DNA of 56,053 bases from an archaeon BMS3Abin17 (GTDB lineage: Archaea > Nanobdellota > Nanobdellia > Pacearchaeales > GW2011-AR1). A model generated the notes under the pieces. That model was not told the DNA's origin. It saw only the letters and a program-made list of their open reading frames with translations, and did no database searches. Shown here one piece after another: positions 36,128 to 45,321 of the stretch (position 1 is the first letter of the stretch; each line of letters starts with the position of its first letter). A program made the translations under genes and the position numbers. The stretch is taken from the NCBI GenBank assembly GCA_002897655.1, contig BDTJ01000035.1, positions 1 through 56,053 on the forward strand. Direction: 5' to 3'.

Positions 36128-36943
36128 ATGAAATTAAAGAAAACAAATATTAAAAACTGGGTTTTGATGGCCCCCCTAGTCTTGCTTCTAAGTTGTGTTT
36201 CATTAGGCTCACATCCCACACTGGAGCAAAGAGCAGAAGTTAGAAAATACTCTTCAGATAAAGTTATTCCAGATTATATTTTAAGAGTAAAAGATAAGGA
36301 TTCAAAAAAAATCAGGAAAATGAAAGATATCTTGGAAAATGTTCCTGACGCAATACAGAAAAAAATAAATGATTTTGGAGGGAAAGTTCTGATATTTGAA
36401 GGAAAGATGACTGATAATCCAGAGCTATCTCACTTGAAAGGAACATTTTTAGGTTATAGAAGAGTTGAGGATCTTGAAGCAACATACTGGAGAAAACCTA
36501 GGATTGCTGCAGTAAAGCTAGTATTATCTGGTTCTTATGGGGGTGGTAATCCAGTCCTGCATGAATATGGACATCTTGGAGATCATGCTTTTGGTGATAT
36601 TTCTGAATCAAGTGAGTTTAGGAAAGTTTATGAGGCAAATCCCTGCACTTCTTCATATTCTGATGGGCTTCCATTATGCAATTCCTCATCTGTCTTTCTT
36701 AGCAGATCAGAATATGCTTATCTTCATGAATATTTTGCAACCTTGTTTGCAGATTATTCTTTTTCTGATAGGTTAAGGGCAAAATTAAAAAAAGAATACC
36801 CTGAAGCACATGAATTTTTTACTAATTTCACAATGTATTATGCCTCTAAAGAATCCAGGAAAGAGTTGAAAAAAGAGTCTCCAGAGGTTTATGAATTTTA
36901 TACTGATTTAGAAAAAACACTTCGGGTATTTAACAACCGTTAG
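36128..36943 (+). CDS. Lipoprotein-like zinc metallopeptidase, anthrax lethal factor (ATLF)-related
   Basis: LLLSC lipobox-like, VLHEYGHLGD, S.EF..VY, EYFA..F..Y, LK..PE...F. Confidence 0.75.
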   Translation: MKLKKTNIKNWVLMAPLVLLLSCVSLGSHPTLEQRAEVRKYSSDKVIPDYILRVKDKDSKKIRKMKDILENVPDAIQKKINDFGGKVLIFEGKMTDNPELSHLKGTFLGYRRVEDLEATYWRKPRIAAVKLVLSGSYGGGNPVLHEYGHLGDHAFGDISESSEFRKVYEANPCTSSYSDGLPLCNSSSVFLSRSEYAYLHEYFATLFADYSFSDRLRAKLKKEYPEAHEFFTNFTMYYASKESRKELKKESPEVYEFYTDLEKTLRVFNNR

Positions 36944-36950
36944 AGTGATA

Positions 36951-37370
36951 TTAATCTTCTTTAGTTGGATCTTTTATCTCCTTTATATCCTTCATATTTT
37001 CTCTTAATGTTGAAGCTAAATCAATTATATATTTTCCCTCTTCAAGCTTGTAGATTAATGGCCTGTCTTTTCTGAATAAATTTACAATATCAATCTCAAA
37101 CTTTCCAGAGCCAGTAACTCTAACCGATTCTATGTCAAGTATAACAGGAGTATCTTCTTCTATAATGCCTGCCATCTCCCTGATATCTTTTTCAATTGTT
37201 TCTTTTTCCTCTTCTGGTATCTCAATAATATGGCCATCTTTTATCTTCTGCATCTGCTCCTCTCTGATATAAAAGAAAAAATGACCCTTGCATTTAGCAC
37301 ATCCCTCTAGTATTTCTTTGCTTCCAATTGGGATAATCCTTGAGCATTTAACACATTGGTGCGGTGAAAT
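36951..37370 (-). CDS. oapC: OapC/DUF2072 Zn-ribbon protein, probable ATT start
   Basis: Frame extends upstream of ORF 37253 to (I)SPHQCVKC...ILEGCAKCKGHFFFYI; GGAGGT 8 nt before the ATT; IESVRV..GKFEID..L. Confidence 0.85.
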   Translation of the reverse strand: MSPHQCVKCSRIIPIGSKEILEGCAKCKGHFFFYIREEQMQKIKDGHIIEIPEEEKETIEKDIREMAGIIEEDTPVILDIESVRVTGSGKFEIDIVNLFRKDRPLIYKLEEGKYIIDLASTLRENMKDIKEIKDPTKED

Positions 37371-37420
37371 TTTTAATTACCTCCAAACATATTTTTTCAA
37401 ATGGTGTTATACTTATAAAA

Positions 37421-38020
37421 TTATCTATAATCTAATATTTTACTGGATTTTCTTCTATTCTCTTCTTTAGTTAACCACTGTAAGTTTTCTGGAGAAAAAG
37501 CTTTTTTTATTTGTTCTGAATCGTTTAAATTAAAAGAACGTAGTGGGAGGAGATGGTCAATTTCAAAATTCTTCAAATTTTCGGGGAAGGGCTTTAAACC
37601 ATTTATGGTTTCTTTCCAATTAATACCATATTTTATTGAATTCATTATCTTTCCCCTTTTTGAATATTTTAATAAAGCATGATTAAATGAACGCCTTAAT
37701 CTATCTGCTACGGCATATTGTTTGTCTATTTTCCGTCTAATTCTATCTCTTTCATTAATTCTTGCCCTAACTTCTGGCCTTTTTCCATATTCTTTCCAGT
37801 ATTTTCTTCTCCTTTCTCTATATTTTGTAACTGCAAGAACCCTATGCCTTTCTCTCCATTCTGGATGGTCTTTCCTAAATTCCCTCATATTTATCCTGTT
37901 TTTCTCTCTAATTTCTGGGCGTCTATTGTAATGTCTTTCTTGACATAAATTACTACAAAATATCTTTGCTCTTGGTTTTTTTATCTCTCCCCCACAAAAT
38001 TTGCAAATTTTTAGAATCAT
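37421..38020 (-). CDS. Free-standing HNH endonuclease with N-terminal CxxC...CxxxC
   Basis: EIDHLLPL..F.L...AF..ENLQWL..EENRRKS. Confidence 0.85.
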   Translation of the reverse strand: MILKICKFCGGEIKKPRAKIFCSNLCQERHYNRRPEIREKNRINMREFRKDHPEWRERHRVLAVTKYRERRRKYWKEYGKRPEVRARINERDRIRRKIDKQYAVADRLRRSFNHALLKYSKRGKIMNSIKYGINWKETINGLKPFPENLKNFEIDHLLPLRSFNLNDSEQIKKAFSPENLQWLTKEENRRKSSKILDYR

Positions 38021-38098
38021 AATAAATAAAATGCAAAAAACTATTTAATAATTTATATTTTCTTTTTAGTGATAATTTCTTTTTACAAAAAATTAAAA

Positions 38099-38515
38099 TT
38101 ATTTATTCAGCATTAATTCTATCTTCTTTGGGTTTCTTTTTATCTCTTTAACAACTGTCGCAGGCCCAATTATTGTGACTGCTCCCAAATCTCCGCCTGC
38201 AAGAGCATTTACAAAACCTGACTTCATTTTTCCAAAAAATCCTCCGCTCCCCCCATTTCCAGAGATAACTGCCAGCTCTATGCCTCTGAAATTCTTAACA
38301 TGCCCTATCATTGCCATTGTATCTCCAATAAGTCTTGCTTCCTCCTCAGATTTTAATTTTCCCTGCAATATAAGTATATTGTTTCCTAAAACAATTCCCA
38401 GGATTTTTCTTATCCTTTGATTACCATCTAAATCTCTTATCTCAGAATAGGGCAAAAATTGTATAGAAAATCCTTTTATTCTTCCAATTTTACCCCCCCT
38501 TTTTTTCTTAGCCAT
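38099..38515 (-). CDS. oapB: OapB/DUF2073 protein
   Basis: RIRKIL..V..NILILQGKL..EEA.LI..TM..I...F.GIE, TIIGPA. Confidence 0.85.
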   Translation of the reverse strand: MAKKKRGGKIGRIKGFSIQFLPYSEIRDLDGNQRIRKILGIVLGNNILILQGKLKSEEEARLIGDTMAMIGHVKNFRGIELAVISGNGGSGGFFGKMKSGFVNALAGGDLGAVTIIGPATVVKEIKRNPKKIELMLNK

Positions 38516-38548
38516 GTTGTTTTTACTAAGTTTTTTTAGTTTTTAAAC

Positions 38549-39190
38549 TTAAACTTTTTTTGACAATTTAAATATTGATTCATAAAATTCCTCTAAATTG
38601 TCCCCATATTTGGCACTTATCCCGATTGCATCGTATTCTGGGAATGCTGCCTCAATCTTTTTCATGTCTGATTTTTTCAGGTCAATTTTGTTTGCAACAA
38701 TTAAAACAGGGATTTTTCTTGCAACCAAGTTCCCGATTATTGTTATATTAACCTGATTATAAGGATTCTCAGTTGAATCAAGAACTATCACTACCATATC
38801 CATGTCATCAAGCCATTTTATACTCTCAATAACCCCCTGTGTTGCCTCTTTTGCTCTTCTTTTAGCATCTTTCTTTTTTACTTTAAATTTTAGAAAATCC
38901 TCAAAGTCTATCTTTGTAGCAATGCCAGGGGTATCAACAATCTTGAAAGTAATCTTTTTTCCTTTGTAACTTATCTCTACTTTTTCCTTAAACTGAACAT
39001 TTCTTGTTTCATGAGGAACCTTGCTTACACTCCCTATTTCCTCACCTGTAAAATCCTTGCAAATTCTGTTTACAAGACTTGTTTTCCCTGAATTAGGAGG
39101 TCCGTAAAAACCAAGTTTTATATCCTTTTTATTCCTGAAGATGCTTGTGAATACTCTCTTAACAAAACTCTTGAAGATTTTTATTACCAT
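38549..39190 (-). CDS. oapA: OapA Era-like GTP-binding protein
   Basis: GFYGPPNSGKT, PHETR, DTPG, RAKEATQGV, ANKID, SA. Confidence 0.9.
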   Translation of the reverse strand: MVIKIFKSFVKRVFTSIFRNKKDIKLGFYGPPNSGKTSLVNRICKDFTGEEIGSVSKVPHETRNVQFKEKVEISYKGKKITFKIVDTPGIATKIDFEDFLKFKVKKKDAKRRAKEATQGVIESIKWLDDMDMVVIVLDSTENPYNQVNITIIGNLVARKIPVLIVANKIDLKKSDMKKIEAAFPEYDAIGISAKYGDNLEEFYESIFKLSKKV

Positions 39191-39263
39191 ATTATAGTTT
39201 TATTAAAATGCTTTATTAAGCTTTTCTGTATTTTATCACTTATTTCATTATAAAGCCATATTC

Positions 39264-41972
39264 TTATCTTGGCATTCCCAGAGGTCCTCTTGGCCTGAAT
39301 CTCTGGTTTGGTGCAGGGGGGATTCTTCCAGTTGGTTGAGGAATCTGTTTTTTCCTCCTCAGCATTCCAAAGATTTTTCCTGGAGATATTTCAAACATAC
39401 CTGTTCTTTTTCCTGCATATTTCTTCATGATATATGTTACTTGTTCAGAATTCCAGCCAGATTTTCTCAAAGATGATTTTAGGGCATCGTCACCCAGACC
39501 TTTTTTCTTTGCATTATTAATATAGGTTATTAAGTTATATATGTTGTTTCTGTTTTTGAATAAATAATTCTCGTATTTTATCTTATACCATCTTTGAAGT
39601 ATTACATACATGATAAATGCAAGGATAAATAAGAAAATCATGATTAATCCAAATATATACCACTTTTTTTTGCTTGGAACAAATTCTCCTGGGTCTTTAT
39701 ATCCTGTTATGTCTAATCTATCAAGACTGGGAGAAATAAATGCAGGCAAGCTGGCAAAGTCAATATCCTCTGTTGTTGAAAATGTGATGGTGTATGCCTC
39801 TTTTTTTAATCTTATATATTCATATCCGGATTTCTCACTCTCTAAATAATTTGCATCAAAATCCAGGTTTTCAAGTTTGCGTATAATAAGATAGGAATCA
39901 TAACCCACCCCCTCTTTTTCACTTGTCTTTAATTCAAATATTCTTAGAAGAGGTTTCCCAGAACCCCCATATTGCACTGAAAACTCCTTGAACTTTACCC
40001 TTGTTTCCATATTTTCCATGTTCCAGAAGAGTATTGCATTAATGTAAGATTCTCTCTTATCGGATTCATAACTTCCTCCGCCTATTTCTTTTAAGACATC
40101 TAGATTTATGTTTTTTTCATCAGGGTAGAATAAGAGGGAGGCTGTATTTCCACTTTCGCTAATTGATTCAGGAATTTTTAATGCTAACAACCTTGGCATT
40201 ATTAGATTATAATCTTCTTCTGAATCAGCTTTTTTAAAATCTTTTTGCAGTGCTGTTATTTCACTATCAAGTGAATCAATATCTAATCTTGAATTTAAGC
40301 CTTTTTGCTCAAATTCATCAAGACTTTCTATCTGCTCCTTTACCTTGGCCAAATCCCCCTGCATTTCTTCAAGGCTTGTGTTTATTACTTTTTCAGGAGT
40401 CTCAATAGTTATGTCAAATGTCATGTAAGAAGTTCTCTGGCTGGAATCTGTTATTGTTATCTTCATCTTATATTGCCCTGTAGAATCATAAGTATGGATT
40501 ATTTTGTTTGTTGAACTTGTCCCTGTTTGATTATCTCCAAAATCCCATTCATATTTTGAAATATTGCCTGATGCTGAGACTTGAACCTCAAACTCAGTTG
40601 GATATGCAGAAGCAGTTTTTGTAGGTGTTAATGATTTTATTACAGGAACACTCTCAACAAAAACCTTTTTTGAAAAAATCTCTTTATCATTTAATTCTAA
40701 TCTGAAGGTGTAATTTCCTAAGTTTGATAAGACAGAAAAATTACCCTTGTTTAAGGATATCTTATTAAAATCCATTGTTATTGTTGCAGGAATCTCAGAG
40801 ATGTCATATATTTCATCCTCTATTATCCCTGAAAATGATGGAGTGCTGTATTTTATAGATAAATCCTTTATTGTTATGCTTTGGTCCTCTCTAGGGATTA
40901 TCTTTACTGGGACAATACAGTCATTTAAAGAGCAGTCACTATTTCCATATTTTTCAATTATATAATCTTTCATTTTATTAGAAATAGTCTCTCCATAGTC
41001 CAGGGAGTTATTTATCAATAAAGTTCCAACCCCTCCAAAACTTTTTCCTTCTGCAAAAATCTGATAAGCTGCAGTTGTTTTTTTATCATAACTGGGATTT
41101 CCATTAAATCCACAAGCTTCAGAAGAATTAGATGTCTCATACCCCTTTATTTTATTCTCACCCCCCCCTCCATCAGAATTAATGCAGACATAATAATTTT
41201 TTTGTTCTTTTACTAGATAATTTATATTGCATGATATTTCCCCCCCGCTACTTGTAGCTTTAGGCAATTCACAACTTCCCAAATCTGCATCATAAAGGTC
41301 ATAGAGTGTCATTGTTAATATTTCTGAACCATTGCCTGTTTCTTTAACCCATGCCCCTATTTTAAATCCAGGAGATTCAAGGAGATTTATTCTCTGGCAA
41401 TAAGGAGGGGTGACTCCAATAACTCCTTCAACAGTTTGCTTAGAATCATCAAAACAACCATAACTTTTTACACAACTTTCTCCTGAAGATTTATAATTTC
41501 CTGTGTCTATCTCCCCGTCATTTAATATATCTATCTTCAATTGATTGCTGCAGGAAGAAACAGCATCACTGTCAATTGTAAAGTCTATAGAGTCTATGCT
41601 ATCTATGTTCTCACTAAATTTAAATCCTATAAGGAAGGGGTTCATTGCCTCTAAATCAAAATTCTTTGCTGTACCTCCATTACTTACAGAATAATCTGGA
41701 CTGCAGTCTTTTGTATTGCATGAATACGAAATATCATTAGTTTTATCAAGCAACTCAATAAGAGTTATAGAATCGCCTTTAGAGTCTTCAAAAAGAGAGT
41801 TTGTGGGTTCGCCTGCCAGACTTATGTTTATCCATCCTTTTATATTATCAGAGGCTCCGTATTGAGTATCAATTGAATAAGATAGATTTCCAATCTCAAA
41901 ATCTGCACTTGTAAATCCAACTAATAATGTTCCCAGTATAATAAAGATAAGTAATTTACTAATCAACCTCAT
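39264..41972 (-). CDS. Large membrane-anchored surface protein with a PKD domain
   Basis: Signal peptide, YEWDFGD..HTY..G.Y, C-terminal TM and cytoplasmic tail. Confidence 0.85.
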   Translation of the reverse strand: MRLISKLLIFIILGTLLVGFTSADFEIGNLSYSIDTQYGASDNIKGWINISLAGEPTNSLFEDSKGDSITLIELLDKTNDISYSCNTKDCSPDYSVSNGGTAKNFDLEAMNPFLIGFKFSENIDSIDSIDFTIDSDAVSSCSNQLKIDILNDGEIDTGNYKSSGESCVKSYGCFDDSKQTVEGVIGVTPPYCQRINLLESPGFKIGAWVKETGNGSEILTMTLYDLYDADLGSCELPKATSSGGEISCNINYLVKEQKNYYVCINSDGGGGENKIKGYETSNSSEACGFNGNPSYDKKTTAAYQIFAEGKSFGGVGTLLINNSLDYGETISNKMKDYIIEKYGNSDCSLNDCIVPVKIIPREDQSITIKDLSIKYSTPSFSGIIEDEIYDISEIPATITMDFNKISLNKGNFSVLSNLGNYTFRLELNDKEIFSKKVFVESVPVIKSLTPTKTASAYPTEFEVQVSASGNISKYEWDFGDNQTGTSSTNKIIHTYDSTGQYKMKITITDSSQRTSYMTFDITIETPEKVINTSLEEMQGDLAKVKEQIESLDEFEQKGLNSRLDIDSLDSEITALQKDFKKADSEEDYNLIMPRLLALKIPESISESGNTASLLFYPDEKNINLDVLKEIGGGSYESDKRESYINAILFWNMENMETRVKFKEFSVQYGGSGKPLLRIFELKTSEKEGVGYDSYLIIRKLENLDFDANYLESEKSGYEYIRLKKEAYTITFSTTEDIDFASLPAFISPSLDRLDITGYKDPGEFVPSKKKWYIFGLIMIFLFILAFIMYVILQRWYKIKYENYLFKNRNNIYNLITYINNAKKKGLGDDALKSSLRKSGWNSEQVTYIMKKYAGKRTGMFEISPGKIFGMLRRKKQIPQPTGRIPPAPNQRFRPRGPLGMPR

Positions 41973-42020
41973 TTTACTATCTCAAGAATAACAGATTTAT
42001 AAATATTCCTCAATATAAAA

Positions 42021-43424
42021 TTAATGTCTTCTCTTTTTTTGATTCATTGCAATATATAATAATACTATTACAATCACTGTTATTATAAAATTAGTATAAC
42101 CAAAAAAAGGAAGCTCTATTTGTGCAGGGCAGATTACCTGGTTACTTCCACCCTCACATGTTGCTTCTTTTCCATCAGGGTCATAATGCCAGTATCCATC
42201 ACCACCTAAAACCCAAAGAGGCCCAGAAACAGGGGTTGTATTAATATTGATTGGGTTCCATAAATAACTTGCAATCCATGAGTACATATAAAACCCATCT
42301 GCACAATCATCTGTGGTATTCTCATTATAACTGCAGCTTCCTATTTTTGAAGGAGTCCCCCCTTCATCACTGCAAACCTCATCTATTACATCTACTCTGT
42401 TTCCCATGCACTCTTCATCTTCCCATATACACTCGCAATTACTCCATATATCACACCCATCTGCACCAGTAGTTACCTGTCCGCAGACAAATCCTCCTCC
42501 CTCATTTGCTTCCACAGTACTGCCTGCAACATTACAGGTATTGACATCATTTTCACATTCTGATTCATTCTTATAATCAGAGCATCTGCCAATTCCAGAG
42601 CAATAAGTTTCGCTAAGCGTTGTTACATTAAGAATATTCTCACTATTTTTTCCATTAACCTTAAAGAAAAATTCATAAGTATCATCTAATTCAGTCCCCC
42701 CTGAATCTATATCTTCTGATGTTATTTTCCATGTGACACTTGAACTTAAATTAGCATCAATAACTCCTGTTATTGCATCTGCACCTGTTCTTATATCATC
42801 ATTTCCGAATAATCCATCATCCTCGTAAATACTAAAATCAACATCTGTTCCTTGACTAAGTCCTGAGTTTTTCAAGATTAATAAAACCTCTGTTGTTCCG
42901 GGAATAGCCTCTATAGATGTTGTTATTCTATTTCGGTTCAGGTCTGCAAAATAAGCTCTTTGAAAGGTTGATTGTTTACAGCATATTTTTTCAGGATAAA
43001 CACTAAAATTTCCCAGATGGGCATTGGTGCTGGAAGATAATGAAATCATTTCAATAGGATATTCTCCAGGGCAAGAATCAGTTGAGCTTGTACAGTTCAG
43101 ACTTTCATAACAAACATTGGAATTATAATTAGTGTTTTCAGGAGTTTCTGCATGAGCATTTGTATCTGAGGAAAGCCCAACAACCTTATTGTATCCATCA
43201 CATGTTGTGTCTCCTACGCCAAAATCACAGCATAGAGAATAACTATAGAAGGATTCACTCTCTAATTCACCATGAGCATTTGCAGTATCAGATAAGTGCA
43301 TAATATCATATTCAAGAGCATCACAACTAGTTTTGACACTGCATGTATCAGCAGATATAAATCCAATGGATGCAATTATTAGAAATAAAAATCCTAAAAA
43401 AATACCTGCTCTTTTTAACCCCAT
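42021..43424 (-). CDS. Cys-rich secreted/surface protein with three LSxxxNAH repeats
   Basis: Signal peptide; HLSDTANAH, GLSSDTNAH, SLSSSTNAH; LPFFG + TM + basic tail. Confidence 0.8.
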   Translation of the reverse strand: MGLKRAGIFLGFLFLIIASIGFISADTCSVKTSCDALEYDIMHLSDTANAHGELESESFYSYSLCCDFGVGDTTCDGYNKVVGLSSDTNAHAETPENTNYNSNVCYESLNCTSSTDSCPGEYPIEMISLSSSTNAHLGNFSVYPEKICCKQSTFQRAYFADLNRNRITTSIEAIPGTTEVLLILKNSGLSQGTDVDFSIYEDDGLFGNDDIRTGADAITGVIDANLSSSVTWKITSEDIDSGGTELDDTYEFFFKVNGKNSENILNVTTLSETYCSGIGRCSDYKNESECENDVNTCNVAGSTVEANEGGGFVCGQVTTGADGCDIWSNCECIWEDEECMGNRVDVIDEVCSDEGGTPSKIGSCSYNENTTDDCADGFYMYSWIASYLWNPININTTPVSGPLWVLGGDGYWHYDPDGKEATCEGGSNQVICPAQIELPFFGYTNFIITVIVIVLLYIAMNQKKRRH

Positions 43425-43521
43425 TTTATATTCTTACCAGTAAAATACAATTTATAAATCTTCTCAATTTCCCAAAAATATTCAAAAGGTTTTTAAATAA
43501 TCAATTCTTAATCTAATAAAG

Positions 43522-44199
43522 ATGGTGAGTATAAATATTAAATTCTCTAACAGGGTTTTATATACATTTATAGCTGTAGTTGTAGCAATATTATTTAGTG
43601 TGCTTGTTTATGCTGTGGCAGGAGTTAGTCATGACGCAACTGAAATTGATTTAAGTGCAGGGGTTTCTGGCGATGCAATATTTAATGGTAATGTTGGTAT
43701 TGGGACTTCAAGTCCCCAATCTTCTTTGGATGTTGCAGGCGATGCAATATTTAATGGCAACGTCGGTATTGGAACAACAAGTCCAACTCAAAAATTAGAT
43801 GTATCTGGTCAAATTCATGCTACTGGTAATATCTGCAGTGATACAAGCGGTGGAGCATGTTTGAGTGATATCATTTATCCGGATTGTCCACTATCATCTG
43901 TTGATACTGGTTATGGTTTTTGTTTGGATAAAAGTGATTTTTCAGCTGATACATGGTATAATGCAGAGGCCATATGTGCGTCACGGGCAAATGGAGAAAG
44001 ATTATGCACACTGACAGAATGGCATCTTGCCTGTGAGGCAGGAATAATCAGTCCAGCTCTTACGACATGGATTCATCAGTTTAATTCTAATGGCCAGGCT
44101 ACTACTGCAGGCTATTTTGCAACAGGTGATTGCAACACTGTGGGTCAGAATGATCCTACTTCAAGTCTGAATTTCAAGTGTTGCTCTGATATAAGATAG
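43522..44199 (+). CDS. Surface fibre/adhesin-like protein with GNVGIGT repeats and a CLec-like C-terminus
   Basis: Two GDAIFNGNVGIGT repeats; TWYNAEAIC...RLCTLTEW..AC...FKCC. Confidence 0.75.
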   Translation: MVSINIKFSNRVLYTFIAVVVAILFSVLVYAVAGVSHDATEIDLSAGVSGDAIFNGNVGIGTSSPQSSLDVAGDAIFNGNVGIGTTSPTQKLDVSGQIHATGNICSDTSGGACLSDIIYPDCPLSSVDTGYGFCLDKSDFSADTWYNAEAICASRANGERLCTLTEWHLACEAGIISPALTTWIHQFNSNGQATTAGYFATGDCNTVGQNDPTSSLNFKCCSDIR

Positions 44200-44231
44200 A
44201 GAGTTTAGAGTTAGAAAATTAATTCCGTAAT

Positions 44232-44334
44232 TACTTACTGGTTTGAAGCTAATTTTCATTTTATCGACGATAGAACAAAATTTGGTAAAATTGGAAGATA
44301 TTTTTTATCGTCGGGAACTTCAGAAAGCTAAGTA
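44232..44334. other. Long interrupted intergenic hairpin
   Basis: TACTTA/TAAGTA, TTGAAG/CTTCAG, CGACGATA/TATCGTCG nested stems. Confidence 0.5.
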
Positions 44335-44389
44335 GATACTTAATTTCCAAATATTTAAAAACTATAGTTTCTTAATGCCTCTAATAAAG

Positions 44390-45244
44390 ATGGTGAGTAT
44401 AAATATTAAATTCTCTAACAGGTTCTTATATACTTTCATAGCAGTGGTTGTAATTATGTTATTTGGCATGGGAGTTTATGCATATGGCGGAACTTATGGA
44501 AACTCTTCTATAATGGGGCACTCTGCAGACGAGATAGGAAATGGGACAATTGCAAACACCCTCACTGTATCTAATGGAAAAGTTGGTATTGGGACAACAA
44601 CTCCTGGCACTAATTTAGAGATATCCAGCACTGCTTCACCAGGAAACCTTTTGCGTTTAAGCAGGTCAAACCTTGCAAGAACAGCTGATATTGGAATTGA
44701 TGATTGGGGAAATTTATTATTGGATAATACAATAAAAATACAAAATGATGCTGTGGGTATTGGAATTAGTTGGTCTTCTCCTGGAGTGGGTAAGTTAGAG
44801 GTGGAAACTGATTCAAGTTATGGTGATTCTGTGGGGGTAAAGATTGACCATATAGGAACTTCCAGCGTTGGAACAACTTATGGCCTTACTTCTGAAGCAT
44901 CTGGCGCTTCTTTAAATAATGTAGCAGGATATTTTTCAGCTTCTGGAGGTACAAATAATTATGGTTTAATTGTGGAGAATGGAGATGTGGGTATCGGGAC
45001 GACGAGCCCACAGGCGAAGTTAGATGTTAATGGCAACATAAAACTTGCAATCTCAACAGAATCAATAGGATCTGTATATAAACAATACACCCCCAAAATA
45101 AAAGTTTATGATACTTGTGGCGACAATGAAGGCGAAATTAGAATAAAGATGGGCTTTAATGTTAATGCAGAACTTTGTTGGTGCGCAGGGGTAAATAGGC
45201 CAGATGGTCTGATACAAATCAGATGGAGCTGTCTGGACGAATAG
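44390..45244 (+). CDS. Paralogous surface fibre-like protein with VGIGTT repeats
   Basis: Start set by a 43-bp identity (43512-43554 = 44380-44422) with the upstream paralog. Confidence 0.75.
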   Translation: MVSINIKFSNRFLYTFIAVVVIMLFGMGVYAYGGTYGNSSIMGHSADEIGNGTIANTLTVSNGKVGIGTTTPGTNLEISSTASPGNLLRLSRSNLARTADIGIDDWGNLLLDNTIKIQNDAVGIGISWSSPGVGKLEVETDSSYGDSVGVKIDHIGTSSVGTTYGLTSEASGASLNNVAGYFSASGGTNNYGLIVENGDVGIGTTSPQAKLDVNGNIKLAISTESIGSVYKQYTPKIKVYDTCGDNEGEIRIKMGFNVNAELCWCAGVNRPDGLIQIRWSCLDE

Positions 45245-45321
45245 CAGAACTATTTGTTATTTACAAAGCCAAAATAACAACTGTTTTCTTTTCATCTTTA
45301 GCCTGCAAGAAAAATTAGTTT

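Noticed and set aside
38020-39264. Replication origin next to oapABC
   Set aside because: No ORB repeats, no cdc6/orc1, and no long intergenic region seen.
43522-45244. Complete DGR or prophage tail module
   Set aside because: No reverse transcriptase, template repeat or other phage genes in the window.
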